DNA of 32,000 nt, from the NCBI GenBank assembly GCA_022646745.1, contig CP060262.1, positions 3,660,001-3,692,000 on the forward strand, given 5' to 3'. Positions 7,873 through 15,899 of the stretch are shown piece after piece (the first letter of the stretch is position 1; every line of letters starts with the position of its first letter). The notes below the pieces were generated by a model. The model was not told where the DNA came from and did no database searches. It saw only the letters and a list, made by a program, of their open reading frames with translations. This stretch comes from Planctomycetales bacterium. Lineage in GTDB: Bacteria; 4484-113; JAFGCY01. The position numbers and the translations under genes were made by a program.

Positions 7873-9099
7873 TCACTCGTGGCGCAATGCTTCCATCGGC
7901 TGCAGGGCTGCAGCCTGGCTGGCGGGCCAGACCCCGAAGAACAGGCCCGTCCCCACACTCATGGATACGGCCAGGAACACGATCAGGGGCGTCACCTGTG
8001 GTTCAGGGAAGTTGATGTCGCCTGGCAGCTTTGACAGGGCAGTACAGATGGTGAAGGCCAGCATGCTGCCGACTGCCCCGCCGAACACTGTCATCGCCAT
8101 TGCTTCCGCAAGGAATTGCCCCATGATCTGCCGGCTGGTGGCGCCAAGCGCCTTGCGCAGGCCGATCTCGGGCGTTCGTTCACGCACATTGAAGATCATG
8201 ATGTTCATCACCCCGATACCGCCGATGAACAGCGCCAGTGAACCCATCGTTACCAGCAGGTTGCCAATCTCCTTGATCTCCTGCTCGGCTTCCTTCTTCC
8301 ACTCCAGCCTGGTCCAGATCCTGAGCGGCTGCTCACGGTCCTCTGCCTCGGGGTCAACGGGCAGGCGTGGATGGCGGCTGTGCACCAGTTCGCGGATCTG
8401 GCTGACTGCCAGGTTCACATGGTCCATGCTGTGGGCGGATGCATCATAAGTCAGCGTGCCGTCCATTCCCAGCCGCTCCGCACCGGTGAAGTACGGCACG
8501 ACGATGAACTCATTCTGTCCCCAGGCATTGCGGTGCTCAAGGATGCCGACGACGCGGAAGCGCCGGCCGTTTAGCCGGATCATCTGCCCGAGCGGTGGGG
8601 CGTTGTAGAACAGCTTCTCCACCATGCCGACGGCCAGCACGCAGACCGGCTCCCGCAGAAGGTTGTGCTCGCGGCTTAGCGGCTCTCCGGTCTCGATCTC
8701 GTTCACCGGGATGTTGAACCAGCCCTCGTCCACTCCGTAGATCGTCATCTGACCGGCATCCATCTCGCCGAATTTCACCCTGACCTCACCATCGATGAAT
8801 GGGCTGATTGCATCGACCGCAGAGCACTGATCCTTTATCGCCTCGCCATCAGCCAGTGTCAGCTTCTCGGAACGCGGGATGCGCGTGGCACTGTTGTCAT
8901 GGTTGATGTAGAAGCCCATGTCCGTCACGCCGAAATCACTGAAGCGGCTGATGATGTCCGCGCGCACCCCCATGCTGATGGACAGCATGGTGATCACGCT
9001 CATCACGCCGATGATGATCCCAAGCGTTGTCAGGAATGTCCTGAAGCGGTTGCTGGACAATCCACGGAATGCCAGCACCAGAGTCTGCCAGTAGAGCAA
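7873..9099 (-). CDS. ABC transporter permease, MacB/LolC-type (MacB periplasmic domain plus FtsX domain), paralogue 3 of 3
   Basis: TTG start. The N-terminus MLYWQTLVLAFRGLSSNRFRTFLTTLGIIIGV is the typical TM1. A periplasmic domain of about 220 aa follows, then the FtsX signature ERTPEIGLRKALGATSRQIMGQFLAEA and three C-terminal TM segments. No nucleotide-binding domain. Confidence 0.85.
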   Translation of the reverse strand: MLYWQTLVLAFRGLSSNRFRTFLTTLGIIIGVMSVITMLSISMGVRADIISRFSDFGVTDMGFYINHDNSATRIPRSEKLTLADGEAIKDQCSAVDAISPFIDGEVRVKFGEMDAGQMTIYGVDEGWFNIPVNEIETGEPLSREHNLLREPVCVLAVGMVEKLFYNAPPLGQMIRLNGRRFRVVGILEHRNAWGQNEFIVVPYFTGAERLGMDGTLTYDASAHSMDHVNLAVSQIRELVHSRHPRLPVDPEAEDREQPLRIWTRLEWKKEAEQEIKEIGNLLVTMGSLALFIGGIGVMNIMIFNVRERTPEIGLRKALGATSRQIMGQFLAEAMAMTVFGGAVGSMLAFTICTALSKLPGDINFPEPQVTPLIVFLAVSMSVGTGLFFGVWPASQAAALQPMEALRHE

Positions 9100-9188
9100 G
9101 GCCTGAAGTCCTGAGTTGGTTTCCCGCCGCTTCCCGACGGCTGGGGCTTAGGACGCAGACTGGCAGGGAAAAGTATTCGTTTACCGGA

Positions 9189-10418
9189 TTATTCGTAGCG
9201 CAGGGCTTCGATCGGGTTGAGGCGTGCCGCCTGGCTGGCGGGCCAGACACCGAAGAACACGCCGGTCATGAAGGTGACGGCGATGGCGATGATGATCGCA
9301 TCCTGTGTGATCAACGGAGGTGGGAATCGTGCTTCTTCGGGCAGCCTGGCTATCACGCGGCACAGGATGAAGCTCAGTCCTGTTCCGATCAGGCCTCCCC
9401 CGATGCAGATCATCATCGATTCAGCAATGAACTGGGCCAGGATCGACTGGCTGTTGGCACCGAGCGCCTTGCGCAGTCCGATCTCGCGCGTGCGCTCCTT
9501 CACACTGAACAGCATGATGTTCATCAATCCGATGCCACCGATGAACAGTGACAGGCTGCCCATCACGAGCAGCAGTACGGTGATTTGCTTGGACTCAGCC
9601 TTGGCCCGCTCGCGCCATTCATTAAGGTTCCAGACCCGGATCGGCTTCTCGAACTCCTCAGCATCGGCCACCACCGGGATGCGCGGATGGTTCTTGTAGA
9701 TCGTCTCCTCGACCTGCGTCACAGCCAATGGTACGTGCCTCAGTGTCTGGGCCGCCATCTGGATTCCGAGTGACTGGTTCTGGCGCGGGATCCACTCATG
9801 CACAGTAAAGAATGGCAGCAGCACCAGGCCGTCGATGTCCTCCTCGCCGGTGCTTTCCAGCACGCCGATCACCCGGAAGTTCCTGCCGCCGACGCGAATG
9901 ATGCGGCCGAGTGCCTGGTCAAGGAAGAACAGGTTCTCCTTCGTAGTTGCGCCAAGCACGCAGACGCGCTCGCGCAGCAGGCTGCTTTCATCCGGGAAGC
10001 GCTCGCCCTCGGTGAAGTTGATCTTGTAGATGTCGAATATCTCGGGGTCGACTCCCATGCAGTTGACTTCGGTCAGTTCCTTGCTGCCCTGGCGCACCGG
10101 TGCCTGGAAGTCGATCACTGCGCTGACATGCTTCACGGCACCGCATTCACGGCGGATGCTGTCGCGGTCCTCCAGGGTCAGCTGCTCATTCGGCGGGATC
10201 TTCGCCTTGGAGCGCCAGTGGTTGATGTAGACGCCCATGCGGGTGGCACCGAGCTTGTCAAAGTCGTCAATGATCTTCTGGTTCAGGCCCTGGGTGACCG
10301 CCACCAGCGTGATCACGCTGGCAACGCCGACGATGATGCCGAACATTGTCAGGAACGTGCGGAAGCGGTTGGCCCACATGCCACGCACCGCAACCGTGAT
10401 GATTTCCAAGATGAGCAT
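9189..10418 (-). CDS. ABC transporter permease, MacB/LolC-type, paralogue 2 of 3
   Basis: ATG start. Same architecture: MLILEIITVAVRGMWANRFRTFLTMFGIIVGV ... ERTREIGLRKALGANSQSILAQFIAES. It starts 30 nt downstream of the previous permease gene. Confidence 0.85.
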   Translation of the reverse strand: MLILEIITVAVRGMWANRFRTFLTMFGIIVGVASVITLVAVTQGLNQKIIDDFDKLGATRMGVYINHWRSKAKIPPNEQLTLEDRDSIRRECGAVKHVSAVIDFQAPVRQGSKELTEVNCMGVDPEIFDIYKINFTEGERFPDESSLLRERVCVLGATTKENLFFLDQALGRIIRVGGRNFRVIGVLESTGEEDIDGLVLLPFFTVHEWIPRQNQSLGIQMAAQTLRHVPLAVTQVEETIYKNHPRIPVVADAEEFEKPIRVWNLNEWRERAKAESKQITVLLLVMGSLSLFIGGIGLMNIMLFSVKERTREIGLRKALGANSQSILAQFIAESMMICIGGGLIGTGLSFILCRVIARLPEEARFPPPLITQDAIIIAIAVTFMTGVFFGVWPASQAARLNPIEALRYE

Positions 10419-10448
10419 TTTCCAAGCTGTACCGGTCCGCCGGTGACC

Positions 10449-11687
10449 CTACTGGAAGCGCAGCGCCCGGATTGGATCCTGGCCGGCTGCCCTCATAGCA
10501 GGATAGACGCCGAAGAACAGGCCGATTGCTACGGTTACACTCGCAGCAACGAAAATTGCCATTGGCGTGACGATCGGGGGCGGGATCTGGCTTTCCTCAG
10601 GCAGGCGTGCGATCATCCGGCAGGCCAGCACAGCGATGCCAGTCCCTATCAGGCCTCCCAGCATGCAGATCACGATCGACTCCAGCAGGAACTGGTTCAT
10701 CACACTGGAGAATGTGGCACCCAGCGCCTTGCGCAGGCCGATCTCACGGGTGCGTTCCTGCACAGTCACGAGCATGATGTTCATCACGCCGACACCGCCG
10801 ATCAGGAGCGAGGTGAAGCCGACCACCCCGAGGAAGATCGTCAGGGTACGGGCGGATTCCTCACGCCGGGCCTGCCACTCCGCGGCATTCCAGAAGCGGA
10901 ACGGTTCGGTCTGGCCCTTGGCCTCATCCGGCAGCGGCACGCGGGGATGACGTTCGTGCAGCAGACGGCGCACCTCCTCCTCTGCGCGCTCGCTCATGGA
11001 GGGGTCATGCAGGCGGAAGTTCAGTGAGCCGATGCCGTTAACGCCGCTGACACGGTCCATCGCCGTGCCGATGGGGATCAGCACCCGTTCGTCATGCGAT
11101 TCCCAGCGACTGTTGCCGACGGGCTTGTATGTGCCGACCACCTTGAAGCGCTTGCCGTCAATGGTGATGAACTCATCCACCGCCGGAGCACTGAAGAAGA
11201 GTGCTTCCTTCGTCATGCTGGCCAGAACGCAGACACGTTCACGCATCAGGTTCTCGTCATCTGTGAAGAAACGTCCCTGGTCTATCTGGTAGTTGGAAAT
11301 TTCAGTCCAGTCAGGCTCGATGGCAATCACGCTGTAGGCGTCAAGCTCGATCGTATTGCGCGAGACATTGGCTTCGAGTTCCTGGATCGCGCTGACCTTG
11401 TCAATGCTAGGACAGGAGGCGCGGATCGCGGCGGTGTCATCGAGGGTGAAGCTCTCAGTCTGCGGAATCGGCACGCCACTGCTCCAGCGGTCCATCCAGC
11501 AGCCCATCCGGTTGGCGCCCCAGCGCTCGAAATCCTTCAGCATGTCCTCGCGGGTGCCGGCACTGTATGCCAAAAGCACGATCACGCTGCCCACACCGAC
11601 GATGATGCCGAGCATCGTCAGCCCGGTACGCAGCTTGTTGGCGACAATGCCGCGGATGGCTACAACGATGATCTCCCAGAACAGCAA
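10449..11687 (-). CDS. ABC transporter permease, MacB/LolC-type, paralogue 1 of 3
   Basis: TTG start, 10 nt after the stop of the adaptor gene. MLFWEIIVVAIRGIVANKLRTGLTMLGIIVGV ... ERTREIGLRKALGATFSSVMNQFLLES. Confidence 0.85.
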   Translation of the reverse strand: MLFWEIIVVAIRGIVANKLRTGLTMLGIIVGVGSVIVLLAYSAGTREDMLKDFERWGANRMGCWMDRWSSGVPIPQTESFTLDDTAAIRASCPSIDKVSAIQELEANVSRNTIELDAYSVIAIEPDWTEISNYQIDQGRFFTDDENLMRERVCVLASMTKEALFFSAPAVDEFITIDGKRFKVVGTYKPVGNSRWESHDERVLIPIGTAMDRVSGVNGIGSLNFRLHDPSMSERAEEEVRRLLHERHPRVPLPDEAKGQTEPFRFWNAAEWQARREESARTLTIFLGVVGFTSLLIGGVGVMNIMLVTVQERTREIGLRKALGATFSSVMNQFLLESIVICMLGGLIGTGIAVLACRMIARLPEESQIPPPIVTPMAIFVAASVTVAIGLFFGVYPAMRAAGQDPIRALRFQ

Positions 11688-11697
11688 TTGCTACCGC

Positions 11698-13155
11698 CTA
11701 TTCAATGGTTCTCTCAAGCACCACGGTGTCACCTTCCTCGAGCCCGTTCGTCACCTCATAACGCAGGCCGTCGAAGAAGCCCAGCTCGATGTCAACACGC
11801 TCGCGAACGTCGGTGCTGTCGGCATCAGCGGACACCTCGACGTAGGGCTTGCCTTCCTCATACTGGATGTACTGTGCCGGCAGGATCAGCACTGCGGGAT
11901 GGTCCTCCAGCACGATCTCAACGTTCGCCGTCATGTTCGGATACAGGCGCGGTTTCTGCGGCTCAGGCTTTGCCTCTTCCGCAGGCTTTTCCTCTCCTGC
12001 TGCATCACCGGCGGGCGGGCCTCCCTGGCCTCCACCTCCGCCGCCGGGCCGGCGCCCTGCACCGCCCCCGCCACCGCCACCACCGCGACGGCCACCCCAG
12101 TTGCCTCCTCCACCGCCGCCCATGCGGCCGCCGAAGCCTCCGCCTTCCATCGTGGCGCTGTTGAGGTCAATTGCGATGTCAACCGGGAAGCGGGTGCCGG
12201 TATTGCCACCGCCGGTCTCGCCCTGTGGGTAGATCTTCTTGATCTCGCCCTGCCAGACCCAGCCGGAATAGGTGTCAAACGTGATCCGGCAGGGGCCACC
12301 TACCTTGATGGTGCCGAGGTCTGTCTCCTCAATGCGGGCCTTGACGTAGATCGTTGACAGGTCGGCAACCGTGGCAATCACGGTGCCGGATGTGTTACCG
12401 GATGTCGCACTGGCAACCGCCGAGCCGATCTCAACCGGACGGGTCAGCACGGTGCCACTTTGCGGGCTGGTGATGGTGGTGTAGCCAAGTTCTTCCTTGA
12501 GTCGGTCCGTATCGGCCTGACTGGCTTCCACGTCCGCTTCGGCAATGGCGATGTCGTCAACGTCACCACCTTCAAGACCCATCTGCAGCTGGCGCTGTGA
12601 CTCTTCATAACGCAGCTTGGCCTGGTCCAGGCTCTGTTCCGCGGACTGCATCTCCGCATCCGTCGCATACTTCGGTTCATGCTCATACAGGCCGAGGATG
12701 CGGTCATAGTCGCTCTGGGCATTTTCAAAGCTGAGACGGGCGCTTTCGACATCATTCTCCAGCCGGCTGCGGGCCTCGACCGTCAGCTTGCGCTTCGTCT
12801 TCTTCAGCTGTGCCTGCGAACGCAGCAGGCGGGCCTCGCTTTCCTTGATGCTCTGGACGATCTGCTCCTTGTCCAGCTCGGCAATCGGCGTACCCATTGT
12901 CACCTCGTCACCTGGTTCAACGAAGATCGCTTCGACCAGGCCGCTGGCCTTGCTCTTCACCTCGACAAGTACGGAAGGTTCAACGACTCCGTCCGCCGGC
13001 ACGATCTTGCGCAGGTCACCGCGCGTAACTGCCGTTGTCTGGATGTCGGTTTCGACCTCCTCGGGGGCAAACAGCGGTGAGATGAACTTCCAGGCCAGGA
13101 AGCCAAGGCCGCCGATCACGACGAGGTTGATAGCAATTCGGATGAAGGTTTTCAT
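11698..13155 (-). CDS. Periplasmic adaptor (HlyD/MacA-type membrane fusion protein) with an internal Gly/Arg-rich low-complexity insertion
   Basis: N-terminal TM anchor (IAINLVVIGGLGFLAW). Lipoyl-like segments (GLVEAIFVEPGDEVTMGTPIAELD ... ITSPQSGTVL). A long coiled-coil hairpin (EARLLRSQAQLKK...RYEESQRQLQ). Beta-barrel segment (YVKARIEETDLGTIKVGGPCRITFD). The insertion is GGGFGGRMGGGGGGNWGGRRGGGGGGGGAGRRPGGGGGGQGGPPAGDAAGEEKPAEEAKPEPQKP. Confidence 0.8.
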   Translation of the reverse strand: MKTFIRIAINLVVIGGLGFLAWKFISPLFAPEEVETDIQTTAVTRGDLRKIVPADGVVEPSVLVEVKSKASGLVEAIFVEPGDEVTMGTPIAELDKEQIVQSIKESEARLLRSQAQLKKTKRKLTVEARSRLENDVESARLSFENAQSDYDRILGLYEHEPKYATDAEMQSAEQSLDQAKLRYEESQRQLQMGLEGGDVDDIAIAEADVEASQADTDRLKEELGYTTITSPQSGTVLTRPVEIGSAVASATSGNTSGTVIATVADLSTIYVKARIEETDLGTIKVGGPCRITFDTYSGWVWQGEIKKIYPQGETGGGNTGTRFPVDIAIDLNSATMEGGGFGGRMGGGGGGNWGGRRGGGGGGGGAGRRPGGGGGGQGGPPAGDAAGEEKPAEEAKPEPQKPRLYPNMTANVEIVLEDHPAVLILPAQYIQYEEGKPYVEVSADADSTDVRERVDIELGFFDGLRYEVTNGLEEGDTVVLERTIE

Positions 13156-13228
13156 GTCTGTTTTGTTCTCTGTTACCTGTCAGCGGTCTCGAGAGTGGAG
13201 GCCAGATGCCACTCAGCCGATGCCGCCA

Positions 13229-13257
13229 TTGACATCGGCTGATCCCGGGGCTATACT
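13229..13257 (+). promoter_or_regulatory. Sigma-70-type promoter for tRNA-Ile: TTGACA-N17-TATACT
   Basis: TTGACA at 13229-13234, a 17-nt spacer, then TATACT at 13252-13257. The hexamer ends 13 nt before the mature tRNA 5' end. Confidence 0.6.
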
Positions 13258-13270
13258 TCTCTTCCTCATT

Positions 13271-13347
13271 GGGTCGCTAGCTCAGTTGGTTAGAGCGCAT
13301 CCCTGATAAGGATGAGGTCGCTGGTTCGATTCCAGCGCGACCCACCA
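13271..13347 (+). tRNA. tRNA-Ile (anticodon GAU), CCA encoded
   Basis: Manual cloverleaf: acceptor GGGTCGC/GCGACCC, D arm GCTC-AGTTGGTTA-GAGC, anticodon arm CATCC-CTGATAA-GGATG (anticodon GAT), variable loop AGGTC, T arm GCTGG-TTCGATT-CCAGC, discriminator A, then CCA. It stands alone with no rRNA nearby. Confidence 0.93.
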
Positions 13348-13401
13348 TTCTCCCGATTCCCTGCTGTTTTCTGACGCAATGCTGCGCGGTTTTGTTACGC
13401 T

Positions 13402-13653
13402 TCAGAAGCGCAGGAATGTTTCAAGCGTTTCGCTGTCAATCTCTCCATTGCCTCTGATGATCGATTGCGCAAGGAATTCGGTCAGCAACAGCCTGCCGGC
13501 TGAGTCAAGTGCGGTGCGGGTGGCCTTGAACTGGGACAGTACATCCCTGCAGGGTACACCCTCCTCCACCATCCTCTGCAAGCCCCGGACCTGGCCCTCG
13601 ATCCGGCGCAGGCGCCTCAGAACATCTGCCTGCGTGCCTTCCTGATCCTGCAT
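13402..13653 (-). CDS. CsoR/RcnR/FrmR-family (DUF156) transcriptional repressor, non-canonical ligand set
   Basis: Trimmed to the ATG at 13653. ADVLRRLRRIEGQVRGLQRMVEEGVPCRDVLSQFKATRTALDSAGRLLLTEFL is the family's alpha1-alpha2 signature. Only the first Cys is present; where the family's His and second Cys are expected the sequence reads TEFLAQS. Confidence 0.75.
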   Translation of the reverse strand: MQDQEGTQADVLRRLRRIEGQVRGLQRMVEEGVPCRDVLSQFKATRTALDSAGRLLLTEFLAQSIIRGNGEIDSETLETFLRF

Positions 13654-13659
13654 CGCACC

Positions 13660-13665
13660 AGTATA
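13660..13665 (-). promoter_or_regulatory. -10 hexamer TATACT exactly 6 nt upstream of the ATG at 13653 (candidate leaderless promoter)
   Basis: The minus strand reads ...GGGACACGC-TATACT-GGTGCG-ATG. No Shine-Dalgarno sequence and no convincing -35. Confidence 0.4.
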
Positions 13666-13684
13666 GCGTGTCCCTGCCCGGCGC

Positions 13685-13713
13685 TTGCCCTGTGCACAAT
13701 CTGGAAGTATCAT
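13685..13713 (+). promoter_or_regulatory. Candidate promoter for the aldolase gene: TTGCCC-N17-TATCAT
   Basis: TTGCCC at 13685-13690, a 17-nt spacer, TATCAT at 13708-13713. The RBS GGAGGAG and the ATG at 13742 follow. Confidence 0.4.
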
Positions 13714-13741
13714 TGCGCTACTTTTCTCCATGGAGGAGACA

Positions 13742-14650
13742 ATGTCAGGCTTCTACAAACGGCCGAAACTCTCTGAACTCGACAAGCCGCTCGGCAAGCG
13801 GGTGCGGCTGCACCGCATGCTGTACGAACACGGCCCCGGCAACGGCACGCTCCTGATCCTCCCGCTGGACCAGGGCATTGAGCATGGCCCGATGGACTTC
13901 TTCAGCCATGAGGACTGCAAGTTCCCGGCCTACCAGTTCGAGCTGGCCCGCCGCGGGGGCTTCAGCGCGATTGCCGTGCATATCGGGCTGGCCCGCAACT
14001 ACCTGCGTGAAGTGGCAGGCGACGTGCCGCTGGTGCTGAAGATCAACGGCAAGTCCAACATCCCTGACAACGAGCCATTCTCCCCGCTGACAGCCACTGT
14101 GGAGGATGCCGTCCATCTCGGCGCTGACGGCATCGGCTATACGTTGTATGTCGGCAGCGGGATGCAGGAGGAGGAGATCCGCCAGCTGATGGAGGTGCGC
14201 CAGGACTGCGACCGCTTTGGCATGCCGCTGATCATCTGGGCATACCCGCGTGGTGAGGCGATCGAGCAGAAGGGTGGCCGCGACAGCTTCTACGCTGTTG
14301 ACTACGGGGCTCGCCTCGCCGAGGAATTCGGTGCGGACATCGTCAAGCTGCACATCCCGAAGATCAACCCGGCAACGGATGCCATGTCCCCTGCCCCCTA
14401 CAACAACATGCAGGTTGACCAGCTCGGTGCCTTCCGCCAGATCGTGCAGAGTGCCGGCCGGGCCTTCGTGCTGGTCAGTGGCGGCAGCAAGCTCGGAGAT
14501 GACGACATGCTGGCCAAGGTCCGCATGAGCTTCGAAGGTGGCGCCACCGGCCTGATCTTTGGCCGCAACATGTGGCAGCGCCCGATGGAGCAGGCACTGG
14601 AGATCACCGAGAAGGTGAAGGACATCATGCGCGAGTTCGGCGACCGTTGA
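13742..14650 (+). CDS. Class I fructose-bisphosphate aldolase, DhnA/FbaB (archaeal-type, DeoC/LacD superfamily) family
   Basis: Trimmed to the ATG at 13742, which sits 5 nt after GGAGGAG. Family-like segments: LILPLDQGIEHGP, VLKINGKSN, GADGIGYTLYVGS, IIWAYPRG, ADIVKLHIP (candidate Schiff-base Lys), VLVSGGSK and GLIFGRNMWQ. Confidence 0.7.
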   Translation: MSGFYKRPKLSELDKPLGKRVRLHRMLYEHGPGNGTLLILPLDQGIEHGPMDFFSHEDCKFPAYQFELARRGGFSAIAVHIGLARNYLREVAGDVPLVLKINGKSNIPDNEPFSPLTATVEDAVHLGADGIGYTLYVGSGMQEEEIRQLMEVRQDCDRFGMPLIIWAYPRGEAIEQKGGRDSFYAVDYGARLAEEFGADIVKLHIPKINPATDAMSPAPYNNMQVDQLGAFRQIVQSAGRAFVLVSGGSKLGDDDMLAKVRMSFEGGATGLIFGRNMWQRPMEQALEITEKVKDIMREFGDR

Positions 14651-14692
14651 GAATGCCGGGAGAGCTGATCCCGGACAGCACATGAATTGAAG

Positions 14693-14720
14693 AGGCTCCC
14701 TGCGGGGAGCCTTTTTCATT
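14693..14720 (+). terminator. Intrinsic terminator of the aldolase gene
   Basis: AGGCTCCC-TGCG-GGGAGCCT (8-bp stem) followed by TTTTTCATTT. Confidence 0.8.
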
Positions 14721-14737
14721 TGTGGCGACGTCCAGGT

Positions 14738-14767
14738 AAAAAAAACCCCCGGCCCATGGGCCGGGGG
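14738..14767 (-). terminator. Intrinsic terminator of the pilin-like gene cluster
   Basis: On the minus strand, CCCCCGGCCCATGGGCCGGGGG (GC-rich stem of about 9-10 bp) is followed by T8. A second hairpin, CTGCAGC-GAAT-GCTGCAG, lies at 14784-14801 between the stop codon (14815) and this terminator. Confidence 0.85.
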
Positions 14768-14814
14768 AGTTTCAGGCACTGTCCTGCAGCGAATGCTGCA
14801 GTCCTCAGCGGTGA

Positions 14815-15837
14815 TTAGACCGCATCGTTGACATCGTCGGTCATGGACTTCTTGTCGATACCAGAGTCCAGGACGATCACGACGCCATCCTTGAGGGTGT
14901 CAGAACCACCATCATTGAAGTCCAGGGACACGGCGTTGCCGGTGTTGCACAGGCACTCGACGTCCCAGCCGAAGATCGGCGTGGCGCAGTCAATGACGCA
15001 GGAGTTCGTACGGAAACGACCCTTGAAGTCACCGTTACGGTTGTACACGTCCTGACCCTTGGTGCGGACGGAACCATAGCCGGAGAGGCTGTAGCCGACC
15101 GGGTCACCGGAACCGGTGATCGGGAAGGCGATGTTGGTGCCGGCGCGCGGGTAGTAGCTGAAGTTACCGGTCAGGAACTTGTTACCACTCGGGTCGGTCC
15201 AGTCGCCACCGACGTTGCTGGGCTCCTTGAACATGTCACCGGCGTAGTCGTACGGCGGGTTGTTGTAGATGTGGTGGACGAATGCGTCACCCATGAAGGA
15301 CTGAACAGTGATCAGTCCTGCGGGGCCGAAGCACTCCCACATCTTGTCGCTCTGGCGACCACCGACGTAGCGCTGGTCGGGATAGTTACCACCAGCAGAC
15401 CACGGGAAGTGATGGATGAAGGGCAGGATGGTGTCGGTTTTGTTCTTGACGAACGGGTTGCCGGGGTAGGAAGGCATGTAGGCCTCCATCACCAGCGGGT
15501 CACCGACATCCTCTTCCGCGGCACGCCACTCGTTGCGGCGGGTCGGGTTGGAGATATCATCGACGCTCAGGTTGTCCTGATCGTCGACCCAGCTCTGCCA
15601 GACGACATCCTGGTCAGTCCAGTCACCACCGTTGATGATCAGCGGGTAGATGTTACCGGCTGAGTCAACGGAATAACGCTCGAGTGCAAGCTGAATAGCG
15701 TGCAGGTTCTGCTTAACCTCTGCTTCCTTCGCCTTATCCTTGATGCGGATGAAGTTCGGAAGGGCAATCGCCACGAGGATACCGATGATCACGATGACCA
15801 CCAGCAGCTCGATCAGAGTGAATCCTCTCTTTGTCAT
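14815..15837 (-). CDS. Large pilin-like protein P1: prepilin-type N-terminal cleavage/methylation motif, GspG-like helix and a C-terminal domain of about 290 aa
   Basis: ATG at 15837, 5 nt after GGAGGA. MTKRGFTLIELLVVIVIIGILVAIALPNFIRIKDKAKEAEVKQNLHAIQLALERY is a class III signal peptide (G|FTLIE with Glu+5). It shares the motifs YMPSYPGNPF, GYSLSGYGSVRTKGQD and a C-terminal DG..V.VLDSGIDKK with P2-P4, but it is the most divergent copy. Confidence 0.85.
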   Translation of the reverse strand: MTKRGFTLIELLVVIVIIGILVAIALPNFIRIKDKAKEAEVKQNLHAIQLALERYSVDSAGNIYPLIINGGDWTDQDVVWQSWVDDQDNLSVDDISNPTRRNEWRAAEEDVGDPLVMEAYMPSYPGNPFVKNKTDTILPFIHHFPWSAGGNYPDQRYVGGRQSDKMWECFGPAGLITVQSFMGDAFVHHIYNNPPYDYAGDMFKEPSNVGGDWTDPSGNKFLTGNFSYYPRAGTNIAFPITGSGDPVGYSLSGYGSVRTKGQDVYNRNGDFKGRFRTNSCVIDCATPIFGWDVECLCNTGNAVSLDFNDGGSDTLKDGVVIVLDSGIDKKSMTDDVNDAV

Positions 15838-15899
15838 AGCATCCTCCATAGATGATCCGAAACCAATTGACTTGACATCTAACCCGAAATCAAGGCAGG

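Noticed and set aside
9798-11027. Long plus-strand ORF (409 aa), with similar ORFs at 9069..9551, 9217..9699, 10567..10950, 11094..12164 and 11356..12357, all opposite the permease and adaptor genes
   Set aside because: All lie antisense to genes with clear family signatures. Their products are R/H/A/D/G-rich with no motifs, which is typical of stop-poor antisense frames in GC-rich DNA.
11849-12232. Pro-rich ORF (…PPPPPPGRRPAPPPPPPPPRRPPQLPPPPPP…)
   Set aside because: It is the antisense reading of the Gly-rich insertion in the adaptor gene (GGN codons read as NCC), not an independent proline-rich protein.
13271-13401. tRNA-Ile as an integration site for a genomic island
   Set aside because: No integrase, no phage or plasmid genes and no visible direct repeat of the tRNA 3' end occur in the flanking 10 kb. 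The neighbours are ordinary chromosomal genes.
13745-14779. 344-aa minus-strand ORF
   Set aside because: It is antisense to the class I aldolase gene, which has an RBS, family motifs and a terminator. The ORF also runs through both terminator hairpins, so I treat it as a shadow ORF.
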